Source: Thermoanaerobaculia bacterium (GTDB lineage Bacteria; Acidobacteriota; Thermoanaerobaculia; UBA5066). Taken from it: a stretch of 57,122 bases of DNA. The notes under the pieces are model-generated. The model was not told the origin of the DNA. It was given only the letters and a program-made list of their open reading frames with translations, and made no database searches. The translations under genes and the position numbers were made by a program. Location: assembly GCA_963816185.1 (NCBI GenBank), contig CAWFJJ010000018.1, positions 1-57,122 of the forward strand, in the 5' to 3' direction. Below, in pieces: positions 1 to 9,898 of the stretch (positions are counted from its first letter, which is position 1; each line of letters starts with the position of its first letter).

Positions 1-341
1 TATCATGTTGTGGCACTCAGACGCTGTGCTAAGCCTGACCGACCGAAGGGCTCTCGCGAGGCCGCCCTTTGCGTGCGCGCTCACGACATCGCGCAGCAGC
101 CCCCGGAGGAAACTCTGTGGACACAACGAGAAGGCGTTTCACCTCTTCCTCGCTGTCATTCGCGCCAAAGACGCCGGAACCCGCCAATATTCGGACCACA
201 TTCCAGCCGACGCAAGCATCCGCTCGCGCAACGAGCGAGGACTGTCAGGGAAGGGGTAAGAATGAACGTTCACGTCAAAGGTCGCCGCCTCGATATGATA
301 GCGTCCTGATCGCGTCTCCCGAGGAGCACGACCTGGCAGAG

Positions 342-391
342 GCGTAGACTTTCACGGCGATGACGACGTTCCCGCCCGTCGGGAGAGGCCG
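342..391 (+). promoter_or_regulatory. Conserved leader of DUF4038 paralogue 1: putative -10 box TAGACT (345-350) and SD GGGAGA (381-386)
   Basis: The ~50 nt segment aligns with the leaders of the other two paralogues (gcgTACACT at ~37725, gcgTAGACT at ~39762). No convincing -35. Confidence 0.45.
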
Positions 392-1948
392 CTGAGCACC
401 CCCGTCGACGCAGCGCGCAAGGCCTGGCGCGGCCTTACCGTGATCCTGTGCGTCGCGGCCTTCGCCGCCCTTGCATACGGTTTCCTGGTTCCAGCGGTTG
501 ACGCGGCGGATTCCCACAAACGTGTCACCTTCACGCCGACGTCTGCCAAACGTTTTCCCATGAGAGGGCACACGCCAAGCGTACCGGGTCCGGTTGTTTT
601 TCCTCTGGTCGTGTCTGCCGATCATCGCTCTCTTCAGGATCAGAACGGCCAGCCGTTTCCGATCCTGGGCCGCGCCTCGTGGAGCATCATCTCGTTGACG
701 CAGGCCGATTACACGACCTACCTCGATGACACGGCGGCGAAAGGCTTCAACGCCATCGAACTCAACGTCATCGACCGCGCCGATAGGAATCTGTCACGCC
801 CCTTCGCCGGCAACGGAGCCGCCCCCTTCACGAAGGACCTCTCCGGCTCGGCGTGGACGGGCTCGATGACGACGGCCCCGGACTTCACCTGGCCGAACGA
901 GACCTACTGGACCCAAATTGACGGCCTCCTCACCTACGCGCTCACGAAGGGCATCGTCTGTTTCGTCTTCCCGTCCTATGTCGGCTACCAGGGCAATCCC
1001 AGTGAAGGCTGGATGGCGGACATGGTGAGCAACGGGACGACGAAGATGACGACCTACGGAGCGTGGATCGCCGCCAGGTACAAGTCCTACCCGAACATCG
1101 TCTGGATGCTCGGGGGAGACTACGGAACGAGCCCGAATACCTTCAGTGCGTCGCAGCTGGCCGTCGAGCAGGCGCTGCTCTCGGGTTTGAAGAGCGTCGC
1201 CGGCCAGCAGAGCACCATCTTCTCAGCCGAATGGGCCGGTGATTCGATCTACACGACACAGACCGACGCCACGCTGAAGGCGGCGGGAACGCTTCAGGGG
1301 GCCTACACATGGGGTTCCGTTTCGCAGTGGTGCCGCAACGCCTATTCGGCCACCCCGGCGATGCCCGCGTTCCTCCTCGAAGGGCCCTATGACGAGGAAG
1401 GGCCGGATGGCACGGACGTCAATCCTGGCGCCACGCAGCCGGTGCGCCGCTTCCAGTGGTGGAGCGTTCTTTCCAGCACGGGCGGCTATATCACGGGCAA
1501 CGGCTACGTCTGGATGTTCACCCCTGGCGTCTGGACCAATCACCTGAACACGCAGGGCACGCAGGACATGGGGCGGCTCAACGCGTTTCTTCGTTCGATC
1601 GCCTGGCAGAGCCTCGTCCCTTCCGGCCTCGGTGGCATGAAGACGCTCATCACCTCGGGTGGCTCCACGCCCAGCGCGACCGACTACGTTGCGGCGGCGG
1701 CAAACCCGGCAGGCACGCTGCTCATCGCCTACGTCCCGCCCGCCCACACGGGCACGATCACGGTGGACATGACCGCGATGAGCGGCGCGGCGCGGGCAAA
1801 CTGGTACAACCCGACGACCGCCGCCTATACGCTGATCAGTTCGAGTATTGCCAACACCGGCACCCACACCTTTACACCGCCAGGCGACAATGGCTCGGGG
1901 TATGACGACTGGGTACTGGTTCTGGACGTGCCAGCGCCATTCCCCTGA
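392..1948 (+). CDS. Secreted DUF4038 (apiosidase/GH140-like) glycoside hydrolase with C-terminal collagen-binding-like domain, paralogue 1 (no C-terminal extension)
   Basis: Motifs LQDQNGQPFPILG, KGFNAI, PNETYW, NIVWMLGGD, LLEGPYDEEG, GYITGN, WYNPTT, DWVLVL, and a hydrophobic signal peptide. Start placed at in-frame CTG 392 by alignment with paralogue 3 (ORF track gives GTG 440). Confidence 0.8.
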   Translation: MSTPVDAARKAWRGLTVILCVAAFAALAYGFLVPAVDAADSHKRVTFTPTSAKRFPMRGHTPSVPGPVVFPLVVSADHRSLQDQNGQPFPILGRASWSIISLTQADYTTYLDDTAAKGFNAIELNVIDRADRNLSRPFAGNGAAPFTKDLSGSAWTGSMTTAPDFTWPNETYWTQIDGLLTYALTKGIVCFVFPSYVGYQGNPSEGWMADMVSNGTTKMTTYGAWIAARYKSYPNIVWMLGGDYGTSPNTFSASQLAVEQALLSGLKSVAGQQSTIFSAEWAGDSIYTTQTDATLKAAGTLQGAYTWGSVSQWCRNAYSATPAMPAFLLEGPYDEEGPDGTDVNPGATQPVRRFQWWSVLSSTGGYITGNGYVWMFTPGVWTNHLNTQGTQDMGRLNAFLRSIAWQSLVPSGLGGMKTLITSGGSTPSATDYVAAAANPAGTLLIAYVPPAHTGTITVDMTAMSGAARANWYNPTTAAYTLISSSIANTGTHTFTPPGDNGSGYDDWVLVLDVPAPFP

Positions 1949-1985
1949 GCCAGTCTCTCTATTATGCCTGCAGTCACGCGCGGTC

Positions 1986-3326
1986 TCACGGCGCCTTTAT
2001 GTCAGACCATCGGCACTGCGCCAGCGCGATGGCAAAAGCCGGAGCTGCAAGTCGCATCCCTGCGTGAAACATGAACAGAAACCCCCACACCAAAAGCGCC
2101 GCCGACAATGCCTTTTCCAGAATGGAACGGTGAGCGGAAAGCGCTCGCCGGGCCATCTCCAGCAGGCAGAGAATCGCTCCCAGCCCCAGAAGCCCATGCT
2201 CTGCCAAAAGTCGCGACCACTCCGTGTGAGCCGCCGTCGCCCTCCACAAGAGGGCGCGATTCTGCTCCGCCATTCCGGGACCGACGCCGAACAGCGGATT
2301 CTCCCCCCACGTGAGCAGGTCGGCTTTCACGAGAAGGTCCCGGCCGGTGGGATCCGTGTCGGTGAAGCGGGAGGCAATCGTCCCTTCCGTCAACCCGACG
2401 AGCCACGGAACCACTGCCCCGAACGCGAGGGCGACGGCCAGCGCTCCTCCGATGAGAAGCCGCTTCCGCATCCGCCCCTGCCGCATCAAGTAGAAGGCCC
2501 CGAAAACGGCGGCCGCGGCAGTGGTATACACGCCACCTCGAGAGTACGTCAGCGCCGCCTGCGTCAGCAGCGCCAGACACAGGGCGAGAACCAAACCGTT
2601 GAACCAGGCTGGAGCCCGTGTCGTGGCGAAGAGCAGCAGGAAGCACAGAGAACCTAGACCCAGGATCGAAGATACCTGGTTCGGCCCGTAGCCCCCGCTC
2701 GCTTCGAAGTTCGACACCAGCCGAAACGTCAAGGCAGCTGAGCCGAGCATGGTCGACGCCGCATCCGACAAGATACACAGCGTAGGCCCTCCCAGGGCGA
2801 CGAGCACGAAAGGAACATCCCTCTTCGGCAGTACGAGACGCGAGAAGAACCAGACGCCGACGGCCACGGACAGTGGCCCGGAGAGGTTGAAGCTGATGTA
2901 GCCGCGTGCAATTCGCGGCCCGACCTCCCAGATGACGAGCATGGCCGACGGAACCAGAAGAAGGGCATAGACGCCGGGAAGCGCCGCTCCGTGAAAACGC
3001 CCTGAACGAAGAATGGCCAGTCCGGCGACAAGCACGAAGGCGTACTTGCCGAATTCCCACGGCACTGAGGCGCCGGTCATCCTCCAGAAGACTTCCGAGC
3101 CGACCAGATAGGCCGCCCATGCCGCGACGCACCGTTCGTAACCTTTCAGGGCCAGACCCGCGCCCAGCAGGAGAACTATGAAAGCGTGAATCGTGGACAC
3201 GAGGGGAAAATCACGAGCCGCCATGCCCAGGGGAACATGCACGAGAAGAAAGGCGGTCACGCCAACAGGAGACAGTCCGCCATCAGAGGGTGACGGTCCC
3301 AATGCTTTATAGCGGGGTGGGGTCAT
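1986..3326 (-). CDS. O-antigen ligase / Wzy_C family polytopic membrane protein
   Basis: About 11 hydrophobic segments, LTYSRGG, periplasmic loop with TGR...NPLFGVGPG and AHTEW..LLAEHG. ATG 3326 has a GAGGAAG SD. Confidence 0.8.
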   Translation of the reverse strand: MTPPRYKALGPSPSDGGLSPVGVTAFLLVHVPLGMAARDFPLVSTIHAFIVLLLGAGLALKGYERCVAAWAAYLVGSEVFWRMTGASVPWEFGKYAFVLVAGLAILRSGRFHGAALPGVYALLLVPSAMLVIWEVGPRIARGYISFNLSGPLSVAVGVWFFSRLVLPKRDVPFVLVALGGPTLCILSDAASTMLGSAALTFRLVSNFEASGGYGPNQVSSILGLGSLCFLLLFATTRAPAWFNGLVLALCLALLTQAALTYSRGGVYTTAAAAVFGAFYLMRQGRMRKRLLIGGALAVALAFGAVVPWLVGLTEGTIASRFTDTDPTGRDLLVKADLLTWGENPLFGVGPGMAEQNRALLWRATAAHTEWSRLLAEHGLLGLGAILCLLEMARRALSAHRSILEKALSAALLVWGFLFMFHAGMRLAAPAFAIALAQCRWSDIKAP

Positions 3327-3460
3327 GGTGTCGCCGCTTCCTCGACCGAGGAGAGGCCGAGGAGCGCACGCACATTCTCCACGTGGCGGCTGTACGTGAA
3401 AAGCACGGCGGGCTCGACGCCCCGCATCGACTCCTCCTGCCAGGTGGCGGGCGTCGCCAA
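3323..3460 (-). pseudogene. Orphan 3-prime end of a deleted GT4 paralogue
   Basis: Translates PATWQEESMRGVEPAVLFTYSRHVENVRALL, homologous to the C-terminus of the upstream GT4 (PSAWKEESQRAVVAARLFSYSRFLEAVRALL). Its TGA overlaps the ligase ATG. Confidence 0.7.
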
Positions 3461-3503
3461 CTGACACGTCCGGCCAGCAACGTCACGGGATGAGAGGGCA
3501 TCG

Positions 3504-4661
3504 TCATCGCGCCGGCGCCGTCCTTCCCGCCGGCACTTCGAGCAGGGCACGCACCGCCTCGAGGAAACGCGAATACGAGAACAGCCGGGCCGCCACAACT
3601 GCCCGCTGCGATTCCTCCTTCCATGCCGATGGATGCTCCACATACCATGCGATGGCGCCGACGAACCCGTTTACATCGTGGGCGTCGAAGGTCCGCCCTG
3701 TCCCGAATTTCTCCAGATACTGTGGAATGCAGCTCACGCGGCTCGCAACCGGAACCACGCCATATGCCATCCCTTCACTCAGCACCTTAGGCCAGCCCTC
3801 GGTCTCGCTCGGAAACACAGTGACGTGCGCGCGGGTGAATAGAGGTGATAAGGCGGTGCGCGGGAGCCAACCGTGAAACGTCGTCGAGCAGCTGACGCCG
3901 AGGTCATGCGCCTGCTCCTCGAATTCCGCGCGGCCCGGCCCGTCCCCGACGATGTCCAGCGTCGCATCGCACCCCGCTGCTTTCAACCGGGCGAGGATTT
4001 CTAAAGCGCGGCCGACGCCCTTCTCCGTCTCGACGCGGCCCACGAGGATGCAGCGCAGCGGTGACGTGAGCAATTTGCCGGCGCATTTGCGCTCGGCTTC
4101 GCCGATCTCCGAGTCGGTCAGGCAGGGATTGATAAACGAGGCGACGTGCGCGGGTTGCTCCGGCCAGTTTCCGTTGACGGTGACCGTCCCACGATGGAAC
4201 CCCCGCGCGAGCCACCAGCGCTGAAACCGGTAGGACGACGCCTCGGCGCCGGTGGGTTTCCAATTGCCGGCGTATTTCACCCAGCGGATCTTCGGACGCC
4301 GCACGAATGCGAGCACCACGATGGCGAGCATACTGATGTTGTCTGGGCAGCGAACGTGGACTACATCCGACTCGGGTAACTCGCGCAGGATGGCTGCAAG
4401 GTACCCGGGGTACCGCAGAAGGATCATCGCCTTGTCACGAAGACGCGGCCCGCCAGCCGGGCACATCGGGATGAAAGTGACCTTTGTTGAGGCGTAGGGC
4501 AGGGCGCTTCCCGGAGCCGGCCCACGATGCAATACTCCGATGTGGCGCACCTGGTCGAAGAGCGTGGCAAGGTGGTCGATCTCCTGTGCAGTAGGCCCCC
4601 ATCCGACGAGAATGGCATCGCGTGAGTAATGCGACATGCCGGAAATAATTAGAAGCTTCAT
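3504..4661 (-). CDS. Glycosyltransferase family 4
   Basis: VGRVETEKG, VGDG, PSETEGWPKVLSEGMAYG (EX7E). ATGA coupling with the upstream gene fixes the start at 4661. Confidence 0.9.
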   Translation of the reverse strand: MKLLIISGMSHYSRDAILVGWGPTAQEIDHLATLFDQVRHIGVLHRGPAPGSALPYASTKVTFIPMCPAGGPRLRDKAMILLRYPGYLAAILRELPESDVVHVRCPDNISMLAIVVLAFVRRPKIRWVKYAGNWKPTGAEASSYRFQRWWLARGFHRGTVTVNGNWPEQPAHVASFINPCLTDSEIGEAERKCAGKLLTSPLRCILVGRVETEKGVGRALEILARLKAAGCDATLDIVGDGPGRAEFEEQAHDLGVSCSTTFHGWLPRTALSPLFTRAHVTVFPSETEGWPKVLSEGMAYGVVPVASRVSCIPQYLEKFGTGRTFDAHDVNGFVGAIAWYVEHPSAWKEESQRAVVAARLFSYSRFLEAVRALLEVPAGRTAPAR

Positions 4662-5782
4662 GGCGTACTCACATTGAGGCATTCGCGGTACATCCTGTAC
4701 CATTCCGGCATCGCATCGCATACATCGAAGTGCTCGCGCGCGACCCGACGCCCTGCCTCCACGCGGGCCTTCCACCTCTCCGGTGACAGGGCAAGCAAGG
4801 CGTCCAACGCGTCGGCCATTGCGACAGCGTCACCGGGCGGGATGAATTGCGCGCCGCCGAATGTCTTCACGTCATGGGCAATGCCGCCCACAAGGGTAGC
4901 GACGAACGGCAAACCGGCGGCCATCATTTCAATGAGCACCAGTGGGCCGGATTCTGAGAGCGACGGAATGACGCCAAAGTCGGCTCCTTTCATCAACTGA
5001 GCAACGTCCGGCCGCTCGCCCGCGAAGATGACGGCCTGCCCCAAGCCAAGTGAGACGGCCTTTGATTTGCACGCTGCGACGTGACCGGCCTCGCGCTCCC
5101 CGCCGACCAAAATCACTCGCAAGGCATGGCGCTCACAGGGCCCCGGCAGAGCTTCTAGCAGTTGCAGAACGCCCTTCTCGCGACGGATGCCGCAGACGAC
5201 GATGCCGATGCGTGCGTGCTCTGCGATTCCAAAGGCTGCGCGCAGGTTCAGCGGCGGAGCATCTTCCAGCCGACCCAGAGCGATCGCGTTGCCGATCGCG
5301 CACGTCCGTGCCCGCGGCACTCCCGCGGTAACGGCCCACTCTGCGAGCCGGCTGTACACGCCAACGTAGCGCTCGACGTGGTGCCGCCCCCACAAGCGGA
5401 ACCAGAGGGGCACAGAACTGTCGATTTCAATCAAGCCGTTATGGTCGTGAAGCAGGATGGGCGTGGAAACCCAGCCAAGGGCTTTTGCGAGGGCGACGAA
5501 GGCGAAGGTTGTCCTGCCATGCACGTGGAGTACATCTACCCTCTCCTCGCGCACAATCGAGGCGAAGTGCCTCAGGGCCGCCCAATCGAAACGTTTCTTG
5601 CGGCCGAGCACCCAAAGGTGGATATTCGGGCGCAGCTCGTGGGCGAGGTCCCGGCCGTCGCGGGTGAGGGAAACGGATGCCGTGTGACCATCGGCCGCGG
5701 TGGCATTGGCGATGTCCACGAGCATGCGCTCGGCGCCGCCGAGGCGCAGGGCATCGATGACATGCATGACGTGGAGCTTCAC
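4658..5782 (-). CDS. Glycosyltransferase family 4
   Basis: HVIDALRLGGAER, PSLSESGPLVLIEMMAAG. Confidence 0.9.
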   Translation of the reverse strand: MKLHVMHVIDALRLGGAERMLVDIANATAADGHTASVSLTRDGRDLAHELRPNIHLWVLGRKKRFDWAALRHFASIVREERVDVLHVHGRTTFAFVALAKALGWVSTPILLHDHNGLIEIDSSVPLWFRLWGRHHVERYVGVYSRLAEWAVTAGVPRARTCAIGNAIALGRLEDAPPLNLRAAFGIAEHARIGIVVCGIRREKGVLQLLEALPGPCERHALRVILVGGEREAGHVAACKSKAVSLGLGQAVIFAGERPDVAQLMKGADFGVIPSLSESGPLVLIEMMAAGLPFVATLVGGIAHDVKTFGGAQFIPPGDAVAMADALDALLALSPERWKARVEAGRRVAREHFDVCDAMPEWYRMYRECLNVSTP

Positions 5783-7473
5783 GGGGTGAGAGCCTGTGCA
5801 AGCGGTTCATCGGCAGCTGGAGCGGAGGGCGGCGTGCGCGCGAGGCGGGGTATTTGCGGAAAGCGCTCCAGCATCTCGCGGGCAGCGCGATGGCGCCGGC
5901 GCAGCACCCAGAGCGAATGCGGCAGACAGACCAGGCTGATCAGCGCCTTGAGAGCTTTCCGCATGGGCCCGCCTCGCACGCTGAAGGTGCCGAGAATGTT
6001 CAGCCAGAAGACTTCGCGGAGTTGGGCTGGGGGGAAATAACGCCGCGCGAGGTATATCTCCGTTGCGCTGAGAAGCTGCCGGTGCAGGAGGCGTTGCCGG
6101 CTGCTGGCGTACGTGATCACGCGAGCCTTGTGCATGCGCAGACCGCCGACAGCGGCGTGATGATGGAGAACCCGAATGGCCGGGTTCAGGACCATCATGG
6201 CCCCACTGAGATGCACACGCATGCCGAGGTCGCCATCCGCGCGTTGGCCGCGGTCGTAGGCGAGGTCGAAGAGGCCTGCGCGTTCAAGCACAGACCGGCG
6301 GGCAAGCGTGTTGTTTGTGGGGAAGACGTCGCTCGCGCGGGTGAAGGTGAAGGACTCGGGCAGCGGTCCGGCCCCCACTTCGTCAGCTACACCGGAGGAA
6401 ACCTCTGCGCGAAACTGGTGAAGATTCCGCAAATGCGCTTCAATCAGGTCGGGAGGCACCTCGTCATCGTCGTCGATGAACAACACGGTCTCGCCGCGCG
6501 CGAGCGCTAGGCCGGCGTTGCGGGAAGAGCATTGGCCGGGCTCGTCCTGCTGAAGAAGGCGCAGTGGAAGGTCGGCGAAGTCCCGCGCGAGCTCAGTGTC
6601 GCGGCGGTCGCGGGCGGTTTGATCCACCACGATGATCTCCAACGGGCGCACCGTTTGCCGCCGGAGCTGGTCGAGCAGCATGCGCAAATACGGATAGCGA
6701 TCGAGCGTGGGAATGAGGACGGTGACACGATCTGCCTGAGACAGGCTGACACTCTCGGGCACCGGGCGCCGGTAGGCTGGCTCCCGCTGCTTTCGTAGGT
6801 TCGCCGTGCGACGAGCCGCCCGGAGACCTTCCGCGGTGCCCGCCGCTCCCGAGAGGATCGCTCGCGCGAGGGCCCAGCGTGCCCAACGGCGGCCGAAACG
6901 CAGCGCAACGAACCGTAGCTCGTCCTCCAACGGAAGGTCCACGGACCGGGAGGGTGACGGACCGCTTGACCCCAGCAAAGAGGGAACGTGCCGAACGAAC
7001 GCCCCGCGGGAGATGAGGCGGTGCCCCAGCTCGAGTCCGGCGCCCGCGATGGTATGAAAGTCCGCTCTGACACCCCCGAGTTGGCGAAGCGCGTCGGTCC
7101 GCACGAGACAGGCGGCGAGAGAGAGGCGCCAGGATGTCGCTTCGATCGTGGCATCAGGGTCTCCGTTCAGCATCCACGTGGGCGCGACAAAATCGATGAT
7201 CCTCGGGAGGCCCCCCATGCCCAGCGCAAGGCCGGCATGAAACACATCTCCCGGCTGCCCCAGCAGCCGGTCGAGCATATCGGCAACCGGGACGCTTCCC
7301 GCAGAAGGCCCCCAGAAGAGGATCCACGGAGGCGAGCTCCCTCCCACAAGAAGCCGGTCGAGGGCTTCAGCCACGTTCGCCGGCAAGAATCCCGCGCACG
7401 ACACCGAGCCGCGCGACCAGGGCGGCGCGTCTTCGGCGGCACCAAGCCAAACGAGATCCACCGGCACGCTCAT
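5779..7473 (-). CDS. Glycosyltransferase family 2 with a degenerate N-terminal GT-A-like domain
   Basis: VTVLIPTLDR, IIVVDQ, SRNAG, FIDDD. ATGA coupling gives start 7473. Confidence 0.85.
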   Translation of the reverse strand: MSVPVDLVWLGAAEDAPPWSRGSVSCAGFLPANVAEALDRLLVGGSSPPWILFWGPSAGSVPVADMLDRLLGQPGDVFHAGLALGMGGLPRIIDFVAPTWMLNGDPDATIEATSWRLSLAACLVRTDALRQLGGVRADFHTIAGAGLELGHRLISRGAFVRHVPSLLGSSGPSPSRSVDLPLEDELRFVALRFGRRWARWALARAILSGAAGTAEGLRAARRTANLRKQREPAYRRPVPESVSLSQADRVTVLIPTLDRYPYLRMLLDQLRRQTVRPLEIIVVDQTARDRRDTELARDFADLPLRLLQQDEPGQCSSRNAGLALARGETVLFIDDDDEVPPDLIEAHLRNLHQFRAEVSSGVADEVGAGPLPESFTFTRASDVFPTNNTLARRSVLERAGLFDLAYDRGQRADGDLGMRVHLSGAMMVLNPAIRVLHHHAAVGGLRMHKARVITYASSRQRLLHRQLLSATEIYLARRYFPPAQLREVFWLNILGTFSVRGGPMRKALKALISLVCLPHSLWVLRRRHRAAREMLERFPQIPRLARTPPSAPAADEPLAQALTP

Positions 7474-8696
7474 GTGCCCAGGAGTCTCGCGTAAGCCTGG
7501 CCGAAGGCCGCGATCTGGTCCTCGATCCGAAAATGTTTCTCGACCCGTCGCCGGCCTGCCTTTCCCATCCGCTCCCGGAGAGACGGATCCGCTGCGAGGC
7601 GGGAAATGCCCAGCGCCAGGGCTTCCGGATCCCTCCGCGGCGCCACGAATCCGGTTTCCCCGTCGCGGATGTTTTCCGGAAGGCCGTCGGCATCCGTGCA
7701 AACGACCGGGAGGTTCATCGCCTGGGCCTCGACGACGGCATTGCAGAACCCCTCGGAGACAGCGGCATGGAGAAACGCGTCCGCCCGGAGCATCTCCCGC
7801 TTCACCTCAGCGGGCTGGAGGGGACCCAGAAGCATCACGGAATCTTCAAGGCCCATTTCATGGCGGGCAAAGGCAATGGCTTCGCGGAAACGTCCTTCGC
7901 CGACGATCCGGTACTCGACGAAGATCCCGGCGTCCCGCAGCCCACGAACCGCCTGCAACGCGTCTTCGTAACCCTTCTTCCACTCGAGGCGCCCGACGCT
8001 GAGGATCCGGAGCGGCCGGTCGGCCGTCCCGACGACACGTGCCGGCGGCCGCTCGTCCGGATCGAAGAAAGCCACGTCGATCGCCGGGGGAATCAGCACA
8101 TGCTCCTTGTCGGGTGGACATCCGCGCTGTACCGCTCGTCGCCAGAGGTCTTCCCCCAGGCAATGAACGAGGTCCGCCCCACGAAAGACCTCTTCATAGT
8201 ACCGAGGGTCCTCGAGACCTGCAAAGTTCAGATCGAAGCCGCGAAAGCTCACCGTCAGCCGGCAGCCCAGAAGCTCCTTCAGGTAGGTCCTTCCGACGGC
8301 GAGAGTCCCGAACTCGAAATGGACGATGTCCGGAGACAGGTTCAGCACCTTCGCGTCCAGGTAGATCCGACGTGCGGTATCCCATCCGAACCGCTCGCGG
8401 CCGCGTCGCAGGTACCGTGTCGTCAATTCAGGGGCACGTATCGCGCAGGCCGCGACGGCAGCCGGAAGCAGAGCGGCCGCGAGAGGCCGCGGCTCGACAG
8501 GCCACGTCACATGGACGCGCCTCTTCAGAGCGGCCCGGATCGCCTCGGGGAACCCCTGCCAACCCTCCTGCCCTTCGCGTTGACACACCACGTGGACATC
8601 CCAGCCGGCTTCGAGAAGCCCAGCGGCCTTCGAAACGATGAACGTCTCCGACAGCTTCGGAAAGACGGGCACGACGAGAATCAGGCGCGCCCGCAA
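7470..8696 (-). CDS. Glycosyltransferase family 4 (WcaL-like)
   Basis: FPKLSETFI, SFRGFD, VGRLEWKKG, SEGFCNAVVEAQAM. TTG start with GAGGAGG SD. Confidence 0.9.
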   Translation of the reverse strand: MRARLILVVPVFPKLSETFIVSKAAGLLEAGWDVHVVCQREGQEGWQGFPEAIRAALKRRVHVTWPVEPRPLAAALLPAAVAACAIRAPELTTRYLRRGRERFGWDTARRIYLDAKVLNLSPDIVHFEFGTLAVGRTYLKELLGCRLTVSFRGFDLNFAGLEDPRYYEEVFRGADLVHCLGEDLWRRAVQRGCPPDKEHVLIPPAIDVAFFDPDERPPARVVGTADRPLRILSVGRLEWKKGYEDALQAVRGLRDAGIFVEYRIVGEGRFREAIAFARHEMGLEDSVMLLGPLQPAEVKREMLRADAFLHAAVSEGFCNAVVEAQAMNLPVVCTDADGLPENIRDGETGFVAPRRDPEALALGISRLAADPSLRERMGKAGRRRVEKHFRIEDQIAAFGQAYARLLGT

Positions 8697-9898
8697 TTCC
8701 GAACCTCCTCGAGGAGAGCTCTGAACGCCCGAACCTGCTTCTCCAGTGTGAAGTCCGCCAGGACGCGCGCACGCGCCGCTGCACCCAACCGGGTCCGAAG
8801 TTCGACGTCGGCCGCGAGGCGCTCGAGGGCGTCCGCCATTCGTTTCGTATCCCTTGTCGGCACGACAAAACCCTCGACGCCGTCCGAGACGGCCTCGCGC
8901 ATGCCGCCGCAGTCGGTGGTGACGACCGGAAGCCCCGTCGCCATCGCCTCGAGGACCGCGTTCGAGATGCCCTCGCTCACGCTCGAAAGAAGAAACAGAT
9001 CGGCGTCCTGCAACCGCTCGCGTACGTCATCGGCCGGCAATTGCCCGGACAGGCGCACGCAGCCCGAAAGTCCCATGTCCTGGATACCGAAGAGAAGCCG
9101 CTGGCGGTCGCCTCCTTCCCCGATGATCTCGAGCTCGAGATCGAACCCTGCGTCTCTTGCCAATCGGATGGCGCGAAGCGCGTACTCGAAGCCTTTCTTC
9201 CACGAAAGAGAGCCCACGGCGATCACACGCCGCGGCCCGTCCACAGTCCGCGCCCGAGCCCTTGGACAGAACTCATCGGGATCGACCGCCGGATGGATCA
9301 CTCGCGATTTCGCCGGGTCGAGGCCGTACGCCTTCGCCTCGGCCTCGATCGCCTTCGAGACGCAATGCACGGCGGCCGCCCGGGAGAAGCTGGTCCGCAG
9401 TCCGTCGCGGAGATCGCTGCGGCCCGGGTCGTGCGGCCCGATGTTCACCTGCGATCCGCGGCAGCTCAGGAGCACCGGCACCCCGAGATCGTAAAGGGCG
9501 CCGTAGGAGATCGCCGCCGAGTTCCACGGGAAATAGATCACGTCCGCCGGCTGCCCGGCGAGCGGCAGGAGCCGATACCAGGCGCGCAGCCGAGACACGC
9601 CTCGCGGGAGGGCGGCAACGTGCGGTTTGAGACGGCTAACACCCCGGCGGCCTCCGGCGGCAGCTCCAGCAGCCATCCCCGCGAGGCGCAAGAGGCGAAG
9701 CGGGATCGGGTCGTCCCATGCCGGAGCGTGCAGCCATTTCAAGCCGTTTGTCTGAAGCCACGCGGCATCGGGCGCGACCGGCGAGGCGATCGTGATCTCG
9801 ACTCCCGTGCCCGCGAGACCCTTGAAGAGGCGCTGAAGAAAAGTCTCGAGGGGCCAGGAGCACCCCACGACCAGGAGCCGGAGCGGCCTGTCAGGCAT
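8681..9898 (-). CDS. Glycosyltransferase family 4 (paralogue of the adjacent WcaL-like GT)
   Basis: ETFLQR, VGSLSWKKGFEY, SEGISNAVLEAMATG. Confidence 0.9.
   Translation of the reverse strand: MPDRPLRLLVVGCSWPLETFLQRLFKGLAGTGVEITIASPVAPDAAWLQTNGLKWLHAPAWDDPIPLRLLRLAGMAAGAAAGGRRGVSRLKPHVAALPRGVSRLRAWYRLLPLAGQPADVIYFPWNSAAISYGALYDLGVPVLLSCRGSQVNIGPHDPGRSDLRDGLRTSFSRAAAVHCVSKAIEAEAKAYGLDPAKSRVIHPAVDPDEFCPRARARTVDGPRRVIAVGSLSWKKGFEYALRAIRLARDAGFDLELEIIGEGGDRQRLLFGIQDMGLSGCVRLSGQLPADDVRERLQDADLFLLSSVSEGISNAVLEAMATGLPVVTTDCGGMREAVSDGVEGFVVPTRDTKRMADALERLAADVELRTRLGAAARARVLADFTLEKQVRAFRALLEEVRNCGRA

Noticed and set aside
11-26. Sigma-54 promoter (TGGCAC...GC)
   Set aside because: The GG to GC spacing is off by one and the TTGC is absent.
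95-170. Resemblance to a c-di-GMP-I (GEMM) riboswitch P2 arm (GAAA-capped stem followed by GGACACAA)
   Set aside because: The GCAAAC / ACGCAAAG core and the tetraloop receptor are not matched.
1925-1990. PEP-CTERM-like tail (VPAP in frame; PEPVSLLCL in a shifted frame) on paralogue 1
   Set aside because: No full transmembrane helix follows, and no exosortase is in the window.
7533-9494. Long antisense ORFs (e.g. 7533..9494 +, 17861..19519 +, 20206..21855 +, 37632..39563 -, 42523..43995 -, most of 30930..32288 -)
   Set aside because: They are shadow frames opposite well-supported genes in high-GC DNA, with no recognisable motifs.
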